A DNA stretch of 32,000 nucleotides from Thermoproteus tenax Kra 1. GTDB lineage: Archaea > Thermoproteota > Thermoprotei > Thermoproteales > Thermoproteaceae. The stretch lies in contig NC_016070.1 in assembly GCF_000253055.1 (NCBI RefSeq), positions 630,001 through 662,000 on the forward strand. Direction: 5' to 3'. Below are positions 1 through 9,194 of this stretch, one piece after another. Position numbers and translations under genes: made by a program. A model generated the notes under the pieces. The model was not told the DNA's origin, made no database searches, and saw only the letters and a program-made list of their open reading frames with translations. Within the stretch, counting starts at the first letter, position 1. Each line of letters begins with the position of its first letter.

Positions 1-1
1 C

Positions 2-427
2 AACTACGAGGCCATGTACGCCTTTCTAGTCCACACGGCGGCCTCGCTCTCGCTCTTCGTGTACAACAAGTATCCAGCTAAGACCTTCAACGGCAACGTG
101 GGTAGCTACTTCTTAGGCGGAGAGATCGCAGTGCTCGCAGCCGTCTACGACATGGTGCCTCAGTTGGTCTTTGCGTCGATGCCGTATATTGTGAACGGCA
201 TCTTGATAATATTCTCAGCAAGAGGCATAAGAGGCCGGAGCAGGATAGATAGGCCGACGGTCTTAAAAAATGGAACAGTGGAACAGAATTGCGATTCCAA
301 GATACTCAGTTTAGTGAGACTCATAGTGAGCGAGGACCCTTTGGATGAATACGGCATATTTAAGCGACTGACATTCTTAGTAGCTCTATCGTCGCTCTTA
401 TCCATAGCGATTAGCATGACGATATGA
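2..427 (+). CDS. C-terminal part of a GPT/Alg7-like (glycosyltransferase family 4) UDP-sugar:dolichyl-phosphate glycosyl-1-phosphate transferase; 5' truncated by window edge
   Basis: Frame stays open to base 2 (NYEAMYAFLVHTAAS...). Contains the membrane-embedded motif YNKYPAKTFNGNVGSYFLGGEIAVLAAVYDM, resembling the Alg7/GPT 'NWYPA..F.GDT..yf.G' segment, then a hydrophobic C-terminus. Confidence 0.6.
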   Translation, partial: NYEAMYAFLVHTAASLSLFVYNKYPAKTFNGNVGSYFLGGEIAVLAAVYDMVPQLVFASMPYIVNGILIIFSARGIRGRSRIDRPTVLKNGTVEQNCDSKILSLVRLIVSEDPLDEYGIFKRLTFLVALSSLLSIAISMTI

Positions 428-642
428 AGAGAGCTTTGGCCGTAGTGCTCTTCTCGTGGGCCTTGCTCTTGTTCTACTTATACATAGGCGCCCTCCTTTT
501 GAACTATCTTAGAATTCGCCTTGTGTCCTATATAAGCGTAGGCGACATTGTCGCAGTAGGTCTAATGTTGCTCTATGGATATGGAGTATACTATGTCGGA
601 AAAGAGACAGCCCAGAGCTCGTGTAAGCCTAAAGGACGTTGA
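424..642 (+). CDS. small two-TM membrane protein, hypothetical
   Basis: ATG overlaps upstream TGA (ATGA at 424-427). Two hydrophobic stretches (VVLFSWALLLFYLYIGALLL; GDIVAVGLMLLYGYGVYYVG). Confidence 0.55.
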   Translation: MKRALAVVLFSWALLLFYLYIGALLLNYLRIRLVSYISVGDIVAVGLMLLYGYGVYYVGKETAQSSCKPKGR

Positions 643-760
643 GATATTGGCGTCTATCCTCTCCGGTGGCGGCGAGGAGTTTCACAATAGGATACTCGCG
701 ATAGAGAGAGAAGTTAGAAAATTAGAGTTATTAGTTAATCAAATGCTTGATCAGACGTGA
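596..760 (+). CDS. small predicted helical/coiled-coil protein (MSEKRQPRARVSLKDVEILASILSGGGEEFHNRILAIEREVRKLELLVNQMLDQT)
   Basis: ORF track gives 575..760; the ATG at 596 is a likelier start. Stop overlaps the GTG start of the next gene. Confidence 0.45.
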   Translation, partial: SEKRQPRARVSLKDVEILASILSGGGEEFHNRILAIEREVRKLELLVNQMLDQT

Positions 761-1242
761 AGAAGGTAGTATGGGCAGTCCTTGGCGTAGGCGGCGTGGG
801 CAAGACCACGTACATATACAGACTGCTCGGTCTCTCACTTAAACCGAGAATAACTCTGAGACCCGGCGTATATAGATACTACTACGGCGACTATGAGATG
901 GATGTGATAGATGTGCCAGGGCAGTTGGCCAGAGAGGTCGCCTTAAATTTCAGCAGGACTTGGTCCTTTTACGTAGATCTCATGGTCTATATGTATGACG
1001 TAACGGATCCAGCGTCTTTGAGGGCCGTGGCTGAGATACACAGCGCCCTATTGGATGCAGGCTTGAAACCGTTCAGAAAGGCGGTCCTAGTGGGAAACAA
1101 GCGAGATCTGGCCGAGGAGATAGGCACTATGATAGAGGGGGATGAGATGGCCAAGGCGGTCGGCGCCTCTAGGATATACTATGTGTCGGCGCTGAAGGAT
1201 CCGCCAAACGAGTTAATAAAGCCGGTTATCGAAAATCTGTAA
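757..1242 (+). CDS. small Ras/Rab-like GTPase
   Basis: P-loop GVGGVGKTTYIYRLLG, G3 DVPGQ, G4 NKRD, SAL at the G5 position; 161 aa; GTG start coupled to the upstream ORF. Confidence 0.85.
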   Translation: MKKVVWAVLGVGGVGKTTYIYRLLGLSLKPRITLRPGVYRYYYGDYEMDVIDVPGQLAREVALNFSRTWSFYVDLMVYMYDVTDPASLRAVAEIHSALLDAGLKPFRKAVLVGNKRDLAEEIGTMIEGDEMAKAVGASRIYYVSALKDPPNELIKPVIENL

Positions 1243-2068
1243 TACATACACTTTCGTCGTTCTCGACGATCTGACCTCCGTACTTAGTGGATAGCTCCTC
1301 ACATGTGGGGGGCTGCTCCAGTCCCACAGCCTTGCTCATTAGTGTGGCTAATTCGCCGAGAACTCCTTTAACATAAATATAAATTATTTCTCTTGATATA
1401 TTCCTTAAAGATTCAATATTAGATAATCTATGACAAACTATAGCTGTATCGAATTTACCATACTTTGACTGTAATAGTGATAGATCTGTCGTAGGCTCAA
1501 CCGCTATGAAGGCGGCAGGCGCTAAATATGACGTGAGGGGGGCGCTGAAGATGGGCAACAGCGAGAGCCTTTCGCTTTCAACGTCTAGGACATCTTGAAA
1601 GTCGTCGCTTATGACAAGATCTCTTCCTGCTTGTGCCGATAGCTCCGATGAGAAACCACACGGCAGAAAGCCGTATACCAAGGTCAGTCCTCCCCAGGGC
1701 AGAATCTCAGACGCTACTCTGATCCTAACCTCTTGAAACAGATAGGTAAAAGAGTGCAGAAGAGTTGTATTTAGTTCAAAGGAATTACCGAGTAGATATG
1801 GAACAATTATATTATCTATCACATTGGCCACTATAGGATCTCCTCTGTCTGGCGGTAATTTACCCGTCCTCATATATATATCTCCTCTTTTAATAAAATA
1901 TCCAAGTTCTAGTAATATTTTATAAAGGGGTTCCAGTCTTTCATCGGGCCTAATTGCAGCGTTCATTATCGCCAGTCTGGCGAAGTTGCTCGCCAAGATG
2001 CCAGCCTCAATAGAGTCCACATGAGTTAAGACAAACCATTTTATTAGAATTACCATCAAAGTGAGCAC
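1226..2068 (-). CDS. hypothetical protein, 280 aa
   Basis: Long ORF on the minus strand; 3' end overlaps the convergent GTPase gene by 17 nt. No motif recognised. Confidence 0.55.
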   Translation of the reverse strand: MLTLMVILIKWFVLTHVDSIEAGILASNFARLAIMNAAIRPDERLEPLYKILLELGYFIKRGDIYMRTGKLPPDRGDPIVANVIDNIIVPYLLGNSFELNTTLLHSFTYLFQEVRIRVASEILPWGGLTLVYGFLPCGFSSELSAQAGRDLVISDDFQDVLDVESERLSLLPIFSAPLTSYLAPAAFIAVEPTTDLSLLQSKYGKFDTAIVCHRLSNIESLRNISREIIYIYVKGVLGELATLMSKAVGLEQPPTCEELSTKYGGQIVENDESVCITDFR

Positions 2069-2153
2069 TTAACATCGCCTATATATAAACTGTATAAATC
2101 CAATCAAAATTATAATTTATTTAAATAAAAAATAGTAAATTATATATAAAATT

Positions 2154-2852
2154 TTAATCTATACAAGCTATACCTCTTAGTATCAGATCAACTGCCTCGG
2201 CGAAGCCTAAGCCGCTGGACTCCTCGACAGTCAGCCGCGCTGCCTCTTTGGCGCGGTCATCTGCGTTACCCACGGCTATCCCCCAACCTAGTTTCAGCAT
2301 AGGTACGTCCACTTCGCTGTCGCCCACGACGGCCACTAAGTTGCACGGGATCCCCCACAACCGGCATATAAAGGCCAAGCCAACGCCCTTGTCCACCCCC
2401 CTCGGCCTCACGTGTATCGCATATCCGCTGTACTCGACAGCGTATTTTTCGCCCAACAGACTCTTTAGGCTCTCGACAGCCAATCCGGGCTCAGAGACGG
2501 GATAGAAGGCCAGGTCGAATTCCCTGCACCGGTTCTGCTCGCTCTCTTTAACTAATCCCGTAGATAACGCCGTTTCTATCACTTTCTGTTTATCAATTTC
2601 TTTACATAATCTATAAGTTTTTCCATCATAATATATAATACAGCCATTTTCAGCTATAACGCTATCAATACCTAAATACCGCGAGAGAGCTAAAGCGTAG
2701 TCTAAGCCGTTCGCTGTGGCCAACGCCACTTTCAGGCCGCTGTTTTTCGCCCTCCTTAATGCGGCCAACGCCTCCAATGAGAGCTCGTACACGCTTCTCG
2801 ATAGAGTTAAAGTGCCGTCTATATCGGCCACCAAACCCTTGCAGTAGGACAT
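2154..2852 (-). CDS. HAD-superfamily phosphatase, archaeal phosphoglycolate phosphatase type
   Basis: N-terminal DIDGTLT motif I, C-terminal VVGDSEVDVPML motif IV, C2-type cap. Confidence 0.85.
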   Translation of the reverse strand: MSYCKGLVADIDGTLTLSRSVYELSLEALAALRRAKNSGLKVALATANGLDYALALSRYLGIDSVIAENGCIIYYDGKTYRLCKEIDKQKVIETALSTGLVKESEQNRCREFDLAFYPVSEPGLAVESLKSLLGEKYAVEYSGYAIHVRPRGVDKGVGLAFICRLWGIPCNLVAVVGDSEVDVPMLKLGWGIAVGNADDRAKEAARLTVEESSGLGFAEAVDLILRGIACID

Positions 2853-2886
2853 GACGATATCAAGTCTTTATTACTAATGAAGCCGC

Positions 2887-3926
2887 TTAGGACGGGCTCC
2901 TAACTCGCTTTATTTCCTCGATCAGCAACGGCAATATCTGTTTATAATCGCCTATTATAGCATAATCCGAGTTCTGGACTATGGGGGCGTTCGGATCCGA
3001 GTTGATCGCGACGATGTACTTAGATTCTTGAATTCCCATCATATGTTGCACTGCGCCAGATATGCCGACCGCTATGTACAGCTTCGGCCTTATAGTCTTG
3101 CCGGTCTGTCCCACTTGTCTAGTGTGGGGGGCCCAACCTGCTCTAACAGCCATCAGAGATGCCCCAACAGTGCCGTTTAATAGCTTGGCCAACTCGACCA
3201 ACAGCTTGAAGCCCTCGGCGGATCCCAAGCCTCTGCCGCCGGCGACCACCACATCGGCAGATTCCACAGGCGGAAGATCAGCTATGTCGCGCTCGATCCT
3301 CCTCTCAGCGCCTAGGAACACGGTTTTTCTTCCGTTGAGCTCCACGGTCTCATGTATGATCTCTCCCTTCCTATTTACGTCCCTAGTAGGCTTCGGGAAA
3401 ACGCCGGGTCTCACGCTGGCCATCTGCGGCCTTCTATGCGGTGTCTTGATGGTCGCCATTTGAGTTCCGCCGAATGTTGGACGTATTTGCATTAAGTCGC
3501 CGGTCTTAGGATCTATCTCCAAGGCTGTACAATCCGCCGTGATGCCCGTGGTCAAGATATTCGCTATGAATGCTGCAATCTCCCTGCCCCTCTTAGTGGC
3601 GCCAACTAGGAAGATCTCCGGCTTATATTTGGCCACCACCTTAGCTATTGCGTTGGCGTACTCGTAGGGGGTGTAGACCTTGAGCTCAGGGTTTATGATT
3701 ACCACCACTTTGTCTGCTCCGTGATATATTGCCTCCTGTGCCATCTCGTCAGTTCCCGCAACTAAGATACCGCCTACGTTTGAGTTACCCCGCTTAGCTG
3801 CAGATCGCGCGCCTTGCCCAAGAGCTCCAATGAGACGTCCTTCAGCTTAGATCCGTCGTGTTCTAGATACACCCAGACGCCCTTGTATTCCTCCTTGTTT
3901 ATGGGCGGCCAGAGTTTGCAGGTCAT
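2887..3926 (-). CDS. etfA: electron transfer flavoprotein alpha subunit (EtfA/FixB), interrupted by an apparent frameshift near 3800-3806
   Basis: N-terminal piece MTCKLWPPINKEEYKGVWVYLEHDGSKLKDVSLELLGKARDL (start 3926, frame of ORF 3774..4070). It continues in another frame as AAKRGNSNVGGILVAGTDEMAQEAIYHGADKV... (ORF 2887..3744). C-terminal part has the FAD-binding VVAGGRGLGSAEGF and SGAVQHMMGI..SKYIVAINSDPNAPIVQNSDYAIIGD motifs. Confidence 0.85.
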
Positions 3927-4774
3927 AGCAAGCCCTCCTTCTTTAGCTCTTCTACGAGCATCTTTACGGCCTCGCGGGGTTCTCCTTGGAATATTTTCTT
4001 TTTCCGGGGCGGAAACGTCGCGCCGGTCTGGGCTGCGACGAAGGTTGGCGAGCCCTTCAGCCCCACACACTCGACGTCGAGACCCAACTCCTTGTTTGTG
4101 GCTTGGATTATATTAGATCTCGCGTTTAATTTCCTCAACAAGCTCACCTCCCTCGGCATCTGTGTGCCCTTTGCCACAGATATGAGCGCAGGCAACTCCA
4201 TCTCGTAGAACTCATCGACGCCTTCGTCCTCTAAAAACCTCCTGACTCTGACTTTATTCCCCGCGATTTCTGCATCATAGACATAATATACATAGGGTAT
4301 GTTGAGGTGTGAAGCGACTTGGGCGCCGACGTGTGCCGTCGTACTATCTATTGTCTCTTCGCCTGCCAAGATCAACGTATAGTCGGGCACGTACTTCTTG
4401 ATGGTCTCAGCCAAAACGTACGATGTGGCCCAGGTATCGGCGCCTGCGAAGACGCGGTCGGTGGCCAGAATAGCCTTGTCTACGCCCATGCCGATAAGGC
4501 TCTCAAGAGCAGGTATTCCAGATGGCGGCGCCATCGAAATGGCTATTACCTCCCCTCCGTATTTGTCTCTCAATTTAAGCGCGAACTCCACGGCATCGCG
4601 ATCCCACTGATTTGTTGACAGCGGGACGCCCTCTCTGACGAGGGTGCCTGTTCTAGGATCTATTTTAATGGCAGTCGACAGAGGCACTGCGGCTTTTGTC
4701 AGCACCACAAACTTCATCGTTCCCTCTAATAGAGTGCTTTTATAAGTGTAATTACATATAACGCAGAAGCCCAC
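3923..4774 (-). CDS. etfB: electron transfer flavoprotein beta subunit (EtfB/FixA)
   Basis: MKFVVLTKAAVPLSTAIKIDPRTGTLVREGVPLSTNQWDRDAVEFALKL, DRVFAGADTWATSYVLAETIKKY, AGEETIDSTTAHVGAQVASHL. ATGA overlap with the etfA start. Confidence 0.9.
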   Translation of the reverse strand: MGFCVICNYTYKSTLLEGTMKFVVLTKAAVPLSTAIKIDPRTGTLVREGVPLSTNQWDRDAVEFALKLRDKYGGEVIAISMAPPSGIPALESLIGMGVDKAILATDRVFAGADTWATSYVLAETIKKYVPDYTLILAGEETIDSTTAHVGAQVASHLNIPYVYYVYDAEIAGNKVRVRRFLEDEGVDEFYEMELPALISVAKGTQMPREVSLLRKLNARSNIIQATNKELGLDVECVGLKGSPTFVAAQTGATFPPRKKKIFQGEPREAVKMLVEELKKEGLL

Positions 4775-4792
4775 TTAGGCTGAAGACTAAAA

Positions 4793-5086
4793 CTAGCTAA
4801 ATCTATACCAGACGCCGAAGCCTGAGCGTGGGTAGTTCCAATCTATGTTGTCGTAGGGACACACGACTCTACAAGTGCCGCATTCAAGACAAGCCTCCGT
4901 GCTCAACACAACTATCTCTCCTTGTTGGACATAGCACTTGGCTGGACACATATAAGTACATGGTTTCTTTTCACATTTTCTACATATTTCTTGGTCTTTT
5001 ATTTTAATATGAGGACGGTAGATATCTGTGTCCCAAGCGTTAACATTAAGCCTCTCTTCAATGGTCAAGAACTTTACAGTGCTCAT
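4793..5086 (-). CDS. fixX: FixX-like ferredoxin partner of ETF:quinone oxidoreductase
   Basis: Clustered Cys: ICRKCEKKPCTYMCPAKCY...ACLECGTCRVVCPYDNIDWNYPRSGFGVWYRF; ATGA overlap with upstream fixC. Confidence 0.9.
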   Translation of the reverse strand: MSTVKFLTIEERLNVNAWDTDIYRPHIKIKDQEICRKCEKKPCTYMCPAKCYVQQGEIVVLSTEACLECGTCRVVCPYDNIDWNYPRSGFGVWYRFS

Positions 5087-6363
5087 AGGTATGCAAACGC
5101 GTACATCATATTTATTAGTATCTTCCCCAGGGATGCCCCCGAGTCGTCCAAGGTTTTCCTAAGCGCCGAGGCCACAGTGGGCGGCCTGTCCTCTATAGTT
5201 AGATAGTTGCGCATAAAGAGGTTGACAAAGTTCGGCAGATCGCCAAAGGTGAAGCTATTCGATAGGACCTTCTCAGCGTTTTTGAACGCCATTAGGTCTC
5301 TCATAATGAAGCTGTTGCGCAACTTGTCCTCATAGCGGGAGAGCTGATCCGGCCCGCCCGCCTCCTTTATTGTCTCTGCCGCCAAGACTCCCGAGGCAAC
5401 CGCGAAATCCACGCCCCTAATTAGAACTCCCCCATGCATGAGGAAGCCGGCCGCATCGCCAACGATGAGGAGGCCGTCGTAGGAAAACTTGGGCGGCGCC
5501 ATATTGATTCCGGCAACCGGCGTTAAGTGGGCCGAGTATTCCTGCATCTGGGCGCCGGCCACCAGTTTGGAGATATGGGGGTGCAACCTAAACCTCTCCG
5601 CCAGATCGTAGACGGGGGTCTTCAGCTTAGGCCACGAGGTCAGATATAGGACTATCCCCAACGCCACTGAGTCTTTATAGGTGTATAAGAAGGCGCCTCC
5701 AGGTAGATACTCGGTGGGCCAACCGGCGAAAGCCCACGCAAGGCCCTCGTCCTCAGAAAGCCCCAGTCTGTCCTCCAACGTCCTTCTATTATCGAACTTT
5801 AACACCTCCTTAACTCCTATCGCGACCAGTTCAGGCTTAAGCTTTCCAACTATGCCGGCCCTCTCTAATAGAAGTCTGTTCACTCCCTCGGCGTCGATAA
5901 TATAGTCTGCGTAAACTTTGTCCGAACCTGATCTGACGCCGATAAACCTCCCCCTCTCGTCTCTGATCAGCTCATCTACCACCACCTCAGTCACTATCTT
6001 TGCGCCGGCGTTGACGGCCAACTTGCCCAACCACGATGTAAATGACGCCAGCGGTGCGACGAAGCTAGTTTTCTCGGGCTTGACAGTCTCAAACTCTACC
6101 GTCGTAATGCTCTCCTCCGACATCAATGAGATGCGCTCCTTGCGGACCCAACGGTCAGTAGGCGCGTCTTTACGAAATTCTGGTAAATATTTGTCTAGCC
6201 AATAAGCGTATATTCTTCCGCCGTAAACTTGCTTTGAGCCCGGCTCCCTCCCCCGCTCGATGACGAGGACTTTAAAACCGGCCGTAGCAAGCTTGTAGGC
6301 AGCGGCGAGACCACCGGGGCCGGCTCCGACTATAACCACATCAAATTTCGACGACATTAGCAA
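5083..6363 (-). CDS. fixC: FixC-type FAD-dependent ETF:quinone oxidoreductase
   Basis: Rossmann FAD motif VVIVGAGPGGLAAAYKLATAGFKVLVIERG, GRIYAYWLDKYLPEF, GLLIVGDAAGFLMHGGVLIRGVDFAVASGVLAAETI; in operon order with fixX-etfB-etfA. Confidence 0.92.
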   Translation of the reverse strand: MLMSSKFDVVIVGAGPGGLAAAYKLATAGFKVLVIERGREPGSKQVYGGRIYAYWLDKYLPEFRKDAPTDRWVRKERISLMSEESITTVEFETVKPEKTSFVAPLASFTSWLGKLAVNAGAKIVTEVVVDELIRDERGRFIGVRSGSDKVYADYIIDAEGVNRLLLERAGIVGKLKPELVAIGVKEVLKFDNRRTLEDRLGLSEDEGLAWAFAGWPTEYLPGGAFLYTYKDSVALGIVLYLTSWPKLKTPVYDLAERFRLHPHISKLVAGAQMQEYSAHLTPVAGINMAPPKFSYDGLLIVGDAAGFLMHGGVLIRGVDFAVASGVLAAETIKEAGGPDQLSRYEDKLRNSFIMRDLMAFKNAEKVLSNSFTFGDLPNFVNLFMRNYLTIEDRPPTVASALRKTLDDSGASLGKILINMMYAFAYL

Positions 6364-6552
6364 CGGTCTTTATCATATCTTAAAAATATTGGGGAAGGCT
6401 CCAGCTGAAAATCTTCACAAAAAAAGCCTATTGCCTATTGATCTGCCGCCCTAAAAGGCCATACTTGTTTTATTTTAAGTTTGGGCACGTTATGCGCCTC
6501 TAGAGCGCTCGGAGTTCGTAAGGCTTTTAACGAAAGATCCCCCGATAGTTCT

Positions 6553-7230
6553 ATGAAACTAAAATTGAAATATTTCTCAGCTCTGAGGGACATAACCGGG
6601 AAGGTCTCTGAGGAGTTGGAGGTCTCTGGCGATCTAACTCTAGGTGACTTAGTCAAGTGGTTTTTCGAGAAATATCCAAAAGCCCTCGCCTATAAAGATG
6701 ATGTAATATTTCTAGTGAACGGTAGGAACGCCACAGAGAGCTACCTCTTGAGGGATGGAGATGAAGTGGCCGTAATGCCGCCTGTATCGGGGGGCGGACT
6801 GCTCAACGGTGAGGTCGATCTGAACAAAGAGGTGGAGGACATAATCAAGGGCACGGCCCCTAAGGGGGCCGGCGGCGTCGTTATATTTGTAGGATTCGTC
6901 AAAGGTAAGGTGGACGACGCTCAAGTCTCAGAGCTCGACTATGAAGCCTACGAGCCATACGCCAGCGAGAAGATAGCTGAGATAGAGAAATGGGCCAGGT
7001 CGATAGACGGCGTGTTGGACGTGCGGATCTATCACCGTGTGGGCTCGCTGAAGCCCGGCGATCATACAGTGTATGTCTTCGTTGCCGGCGTGAACAGAGA
7101 AATATCATTCAATGTGGCTAGACAAGCTCTGGAAAGAGTTAAACACGAGGTGCCCATATTTAAACTGGAGCGGAGAAGCGATGGCGAATACTGGGTAGTG
7201 GGGGACGGCCGGAGGATTAAAAGGAACTAG
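6553..7230 (+). CDS. MoaD-MoaE fusion (molybdopterin synthase, both subunits)
   Basis: N-terminal ubiquitin-like MoaD domain MKLKLKYFSALRDITGK...GDEVAVMPPVSGGG fused to MoaE domain LNKEVEDIIKGTAPKGAGGVVIFVGFVKGKV...YEAYEPYASEKIAEIEKWA...VRIYHRVGSLKPGDHTVYV. ORF track starts at 6481; the internal ATG at 6553 matches the domain boundary. Confidence 0.88.
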   Translation: MKLKLKYFSALRDITGKVSEELEVSGDLTLGDLVKWFFEKYPKALAYKDDVIFLVNGRNATESYLLRDGDEVAVMPPVSGGGLLNGEVDLNKEVEDIIKGTAPKGAGGVVIFVGFVKGKVDDAQVSELDYEAYEPYASEKIAEIEKWARSIDGVLDVRIYHRVGSLKPGDHTVYVFVAGVNREISFNVARQALERVKHEVPIFKLERRSDGEYWVVGDGRRIKRN

Positions 7231-7601
7231 CTCTCCGATATCTCGAAGGGCGCTTGTTCAAAGTCTACGACGCCCTCAACCTCGCTCACGTAGCCGTTGC
7301 TTCTGACATCAACGGTGATAGTTATCACTAAACCGCGTTTTGTGACTATAGTAACTCTATCTTCGCCTAGATCGAAGTCCAACACAGAATCGCCTCCGGC
7401 CCTGATTATCTCGGCCACCCTCGACGCAAGGCTCCACTGAAATGTCAACGTCAGAGTAAGCTGACCTAAGGAGAGGTCCAGAGGGCCTCTTAGGGCCTTC
7501 GCGAGGAAGTCTGCGGCGCCCCTACTGACCGAGGGATCGCCGGACTCAATGGTGATGAGGACTCTGAGGGGCTTGGGCTTGGCCCTCTGCTCCGCGAGCA
7601 C
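7227..7601 (-). CDS. hypothetical protein, 124 aa
   Basis: Intact ORF convergent with moaDE; stop codons share a palindromic CTAG at 7227-7230. Confidence 0.5.
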   Translation of the reverse strand: MLAEQRAKPKPLRVLITIESGDPSVSRGAADFLAKALRGPLDLSLGQLTLTLTFQWSLASRVAEIIRAGGDSVLDFDLGEDRVTIVTKRGLVITITVDVRSNGYVSEVEGVVDFEQAPFEISES

Positions 7602-7717
7602 GTATGCTTGAGATAACGCCTATAAAAATCTGCCCTAAAAGACGCCATATCTTTTCAGATGCTCTTAGTGGTGCTTGCGTTGGGCTGAACTAAGTTGCTA
7701 CAGAGCCAATAATATAA

Positions 7718-8536
7718 ATGGAGATAGGGCTATCTGACGTGAGAGAGGCTTGGAGGAGGGTCAGAACCGTGGTTGAGGACAGCGATGTTGTACTGGAGGT
7801 GCTCGACGCGAGAGACCCCCTAGCCACGCGGAACATAGAGCTAGAGAGATTGGTTGCCTCGTTGGGCAAACGTTTTATCGTAGCTATCAATAAGGCCGAC
7901 TTAGTGCCCCTCGATGTGGGCCTCAAGTGGAAGGAGTGGTTTGAGGCCCAAGGTCTACCCGCTGTGGTTTTCAGCGCGAAAATGAGGTTGGGCACCAGGA
8001 AGCTTATGGCGAAGATAAAGAGTGTGGCTCCCTCAGTCCCCGTTAGAGTGGCCGTGGTGGGCTATCCTAACGTGGGCAAGTCCACCGTTATAAATTACCT
8101 CAAGGGGAGGCACGTTGCACCGACCAGCCCGAGGCCTGGCTTTACGAGGGGGGAACAAATAGTTAGAGCCAAGACTTGGCTTATAGTTGTGGATACACCC
8201 GGCGTATTGACGTCCGAGGAGGGGGACGATGCGGCTTTGGCCGTCATTAGAGGGGCTGTGGACCCCGCTAGAATAGACGATGCTGTGCCATATGCCATAG
8301 CCCTAATAAATAGAGTGCTCTCCTTCAATCCCCGCGCATTGGAGCACTATGGGTACTCCGGAGCCTCGGCCGAGGAGGCGCTTGAGCATATAGGAAGAAG
8401 GTATGGGAGGTTGATGAGGGGCGGGAGAGTTAATATAGAGGAAGCCGCCAGAATAGTGTTGAGAGACTGGATAGAGGGAAAGATCACGTACTACTACCTT
8501 CCCGATAGCGTGGGCACCTACTCAGCTCCTCCTTGA
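7718..8536 (+). CDS. circularly permuted YlqF/YawG-family GTPase
   Basis: Permuted motif order: G4 INKADLV precedes G1 GYPNVGKSTVINYLKG and G3 DTPGVL; PTSPRPGFTRG switch region. Confidence 0.9.
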   Translation: MEIGLSDVREAWRRVRTVVEDSDVVLEVLDARDPLATRNIELERLVASLGKRFIVAINKADLVPLDVGLKWKEWFEAQGLPAVVFSAKMRLGTRKLMAKIKSVAPSVPVRVAVVGYPNVGKSTVINYLKGRHVAPTSPRPGFTRGEQIVRAKTWLIVVDTPGVLTSEEGDDAALAVIRGAVDPARIDDAVPYAIALINRVLSFNPRALEHYGYSGASAEEALEHIGRRYGRLMRGGRVNIEEAARIVLRDWIEGKITYYYLPDSVGTYSAPP

Positions 8537-9149
8537 GGTCTCTCTCATAGATCTCTCCCCTCGGGCTCCTCTCTTTGAATAGCTGCGCCTCAAATACATA
8601 GATCTTTGTCCTATCATCGAGCCAACAGTCTGCGTGCAACCACGCCTTAAGACAGCTGTGGCTTAGGAATTCCTCAGTCGTCCAACACTCCTCAACGGGC
8701 ACTTGTGGAAGCAGCAGGCCTGAATAAAAACCCCTCTTTACCACTAAGCCGTGTGTGCCCACCTCCACGTTGGTGAGGTACTCCTTAGGCTTGACGTTCA
8801 ACAAACGCAATGGGCTCAGTACCGAGACCTCGAACACCACAGAGTCAACCTCATCTAGGGTCATAGCGGGGAACCGGGGGTCTTGGCAACACGCAGCTAG
8901 AGCGCTGTAGAGCGTTGCATACGCGACGTTCCTATACCCCTCGGGGTAGCCTATACACCCTCTTAACTCTAGTCTCTCCCCAGTCACTTTCTCTATAGTC
9001 GTAAAAACACCGTAGTTGTCCTCCAGAAGCCTCGGAGGGGTATCGGGCGGCGGCTCTATTATCCTCCCGCTCCTTAGATACTCCTCCACCGCTCTTCTGG
9101 CCAACTTGACAAGGAAAGCGCCCTCCTCCAATGAATAGGGCTTGAACAC
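8484..9149 (-). CDS. AMMECR1-domain protein
   Basis: LRGCIGYPEGYRNVAYATLYSALAACCQDPRFPAMTLDEVDSVVFEVSVLSP...GTHGLVVKRGFYSGLLLPQVPVE; overlaps the convergent GTPase gene by 53 nt. Confidence 0.92.
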   Translation of the reverse strand: MFKPYSLEEGAFLVKLARRAVEEYLRSGRIIEPPPDTPPRLLEDNYGVFTTIEKVTGERLELRGCIGYPEGYRNVAYATLYSALAACCQDPRFPAMTLDEVDSVVFEVSVLSPLRLLNVKPKEYLTNVEVGTHGLVVKRGFYSGLLLPQVPVEECWTTEEFLSHSCLKAWLHADCWLDDRTKIYVFEAQLFKERSPRGEIYERDLKEELSRCPRYREGSST

Positions 9150-9194
9150 GAAATTACTGTGGAACTCTTATAAACACTTTTCTGCACCTCGTTT

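Noticed and set aside
3062-3463. 133-aa plus-strand ORF opposite etfA
   Set aside because: Antisense to a strongly conserved gene; composition mirrors the codons of etfA and no motif is seen.
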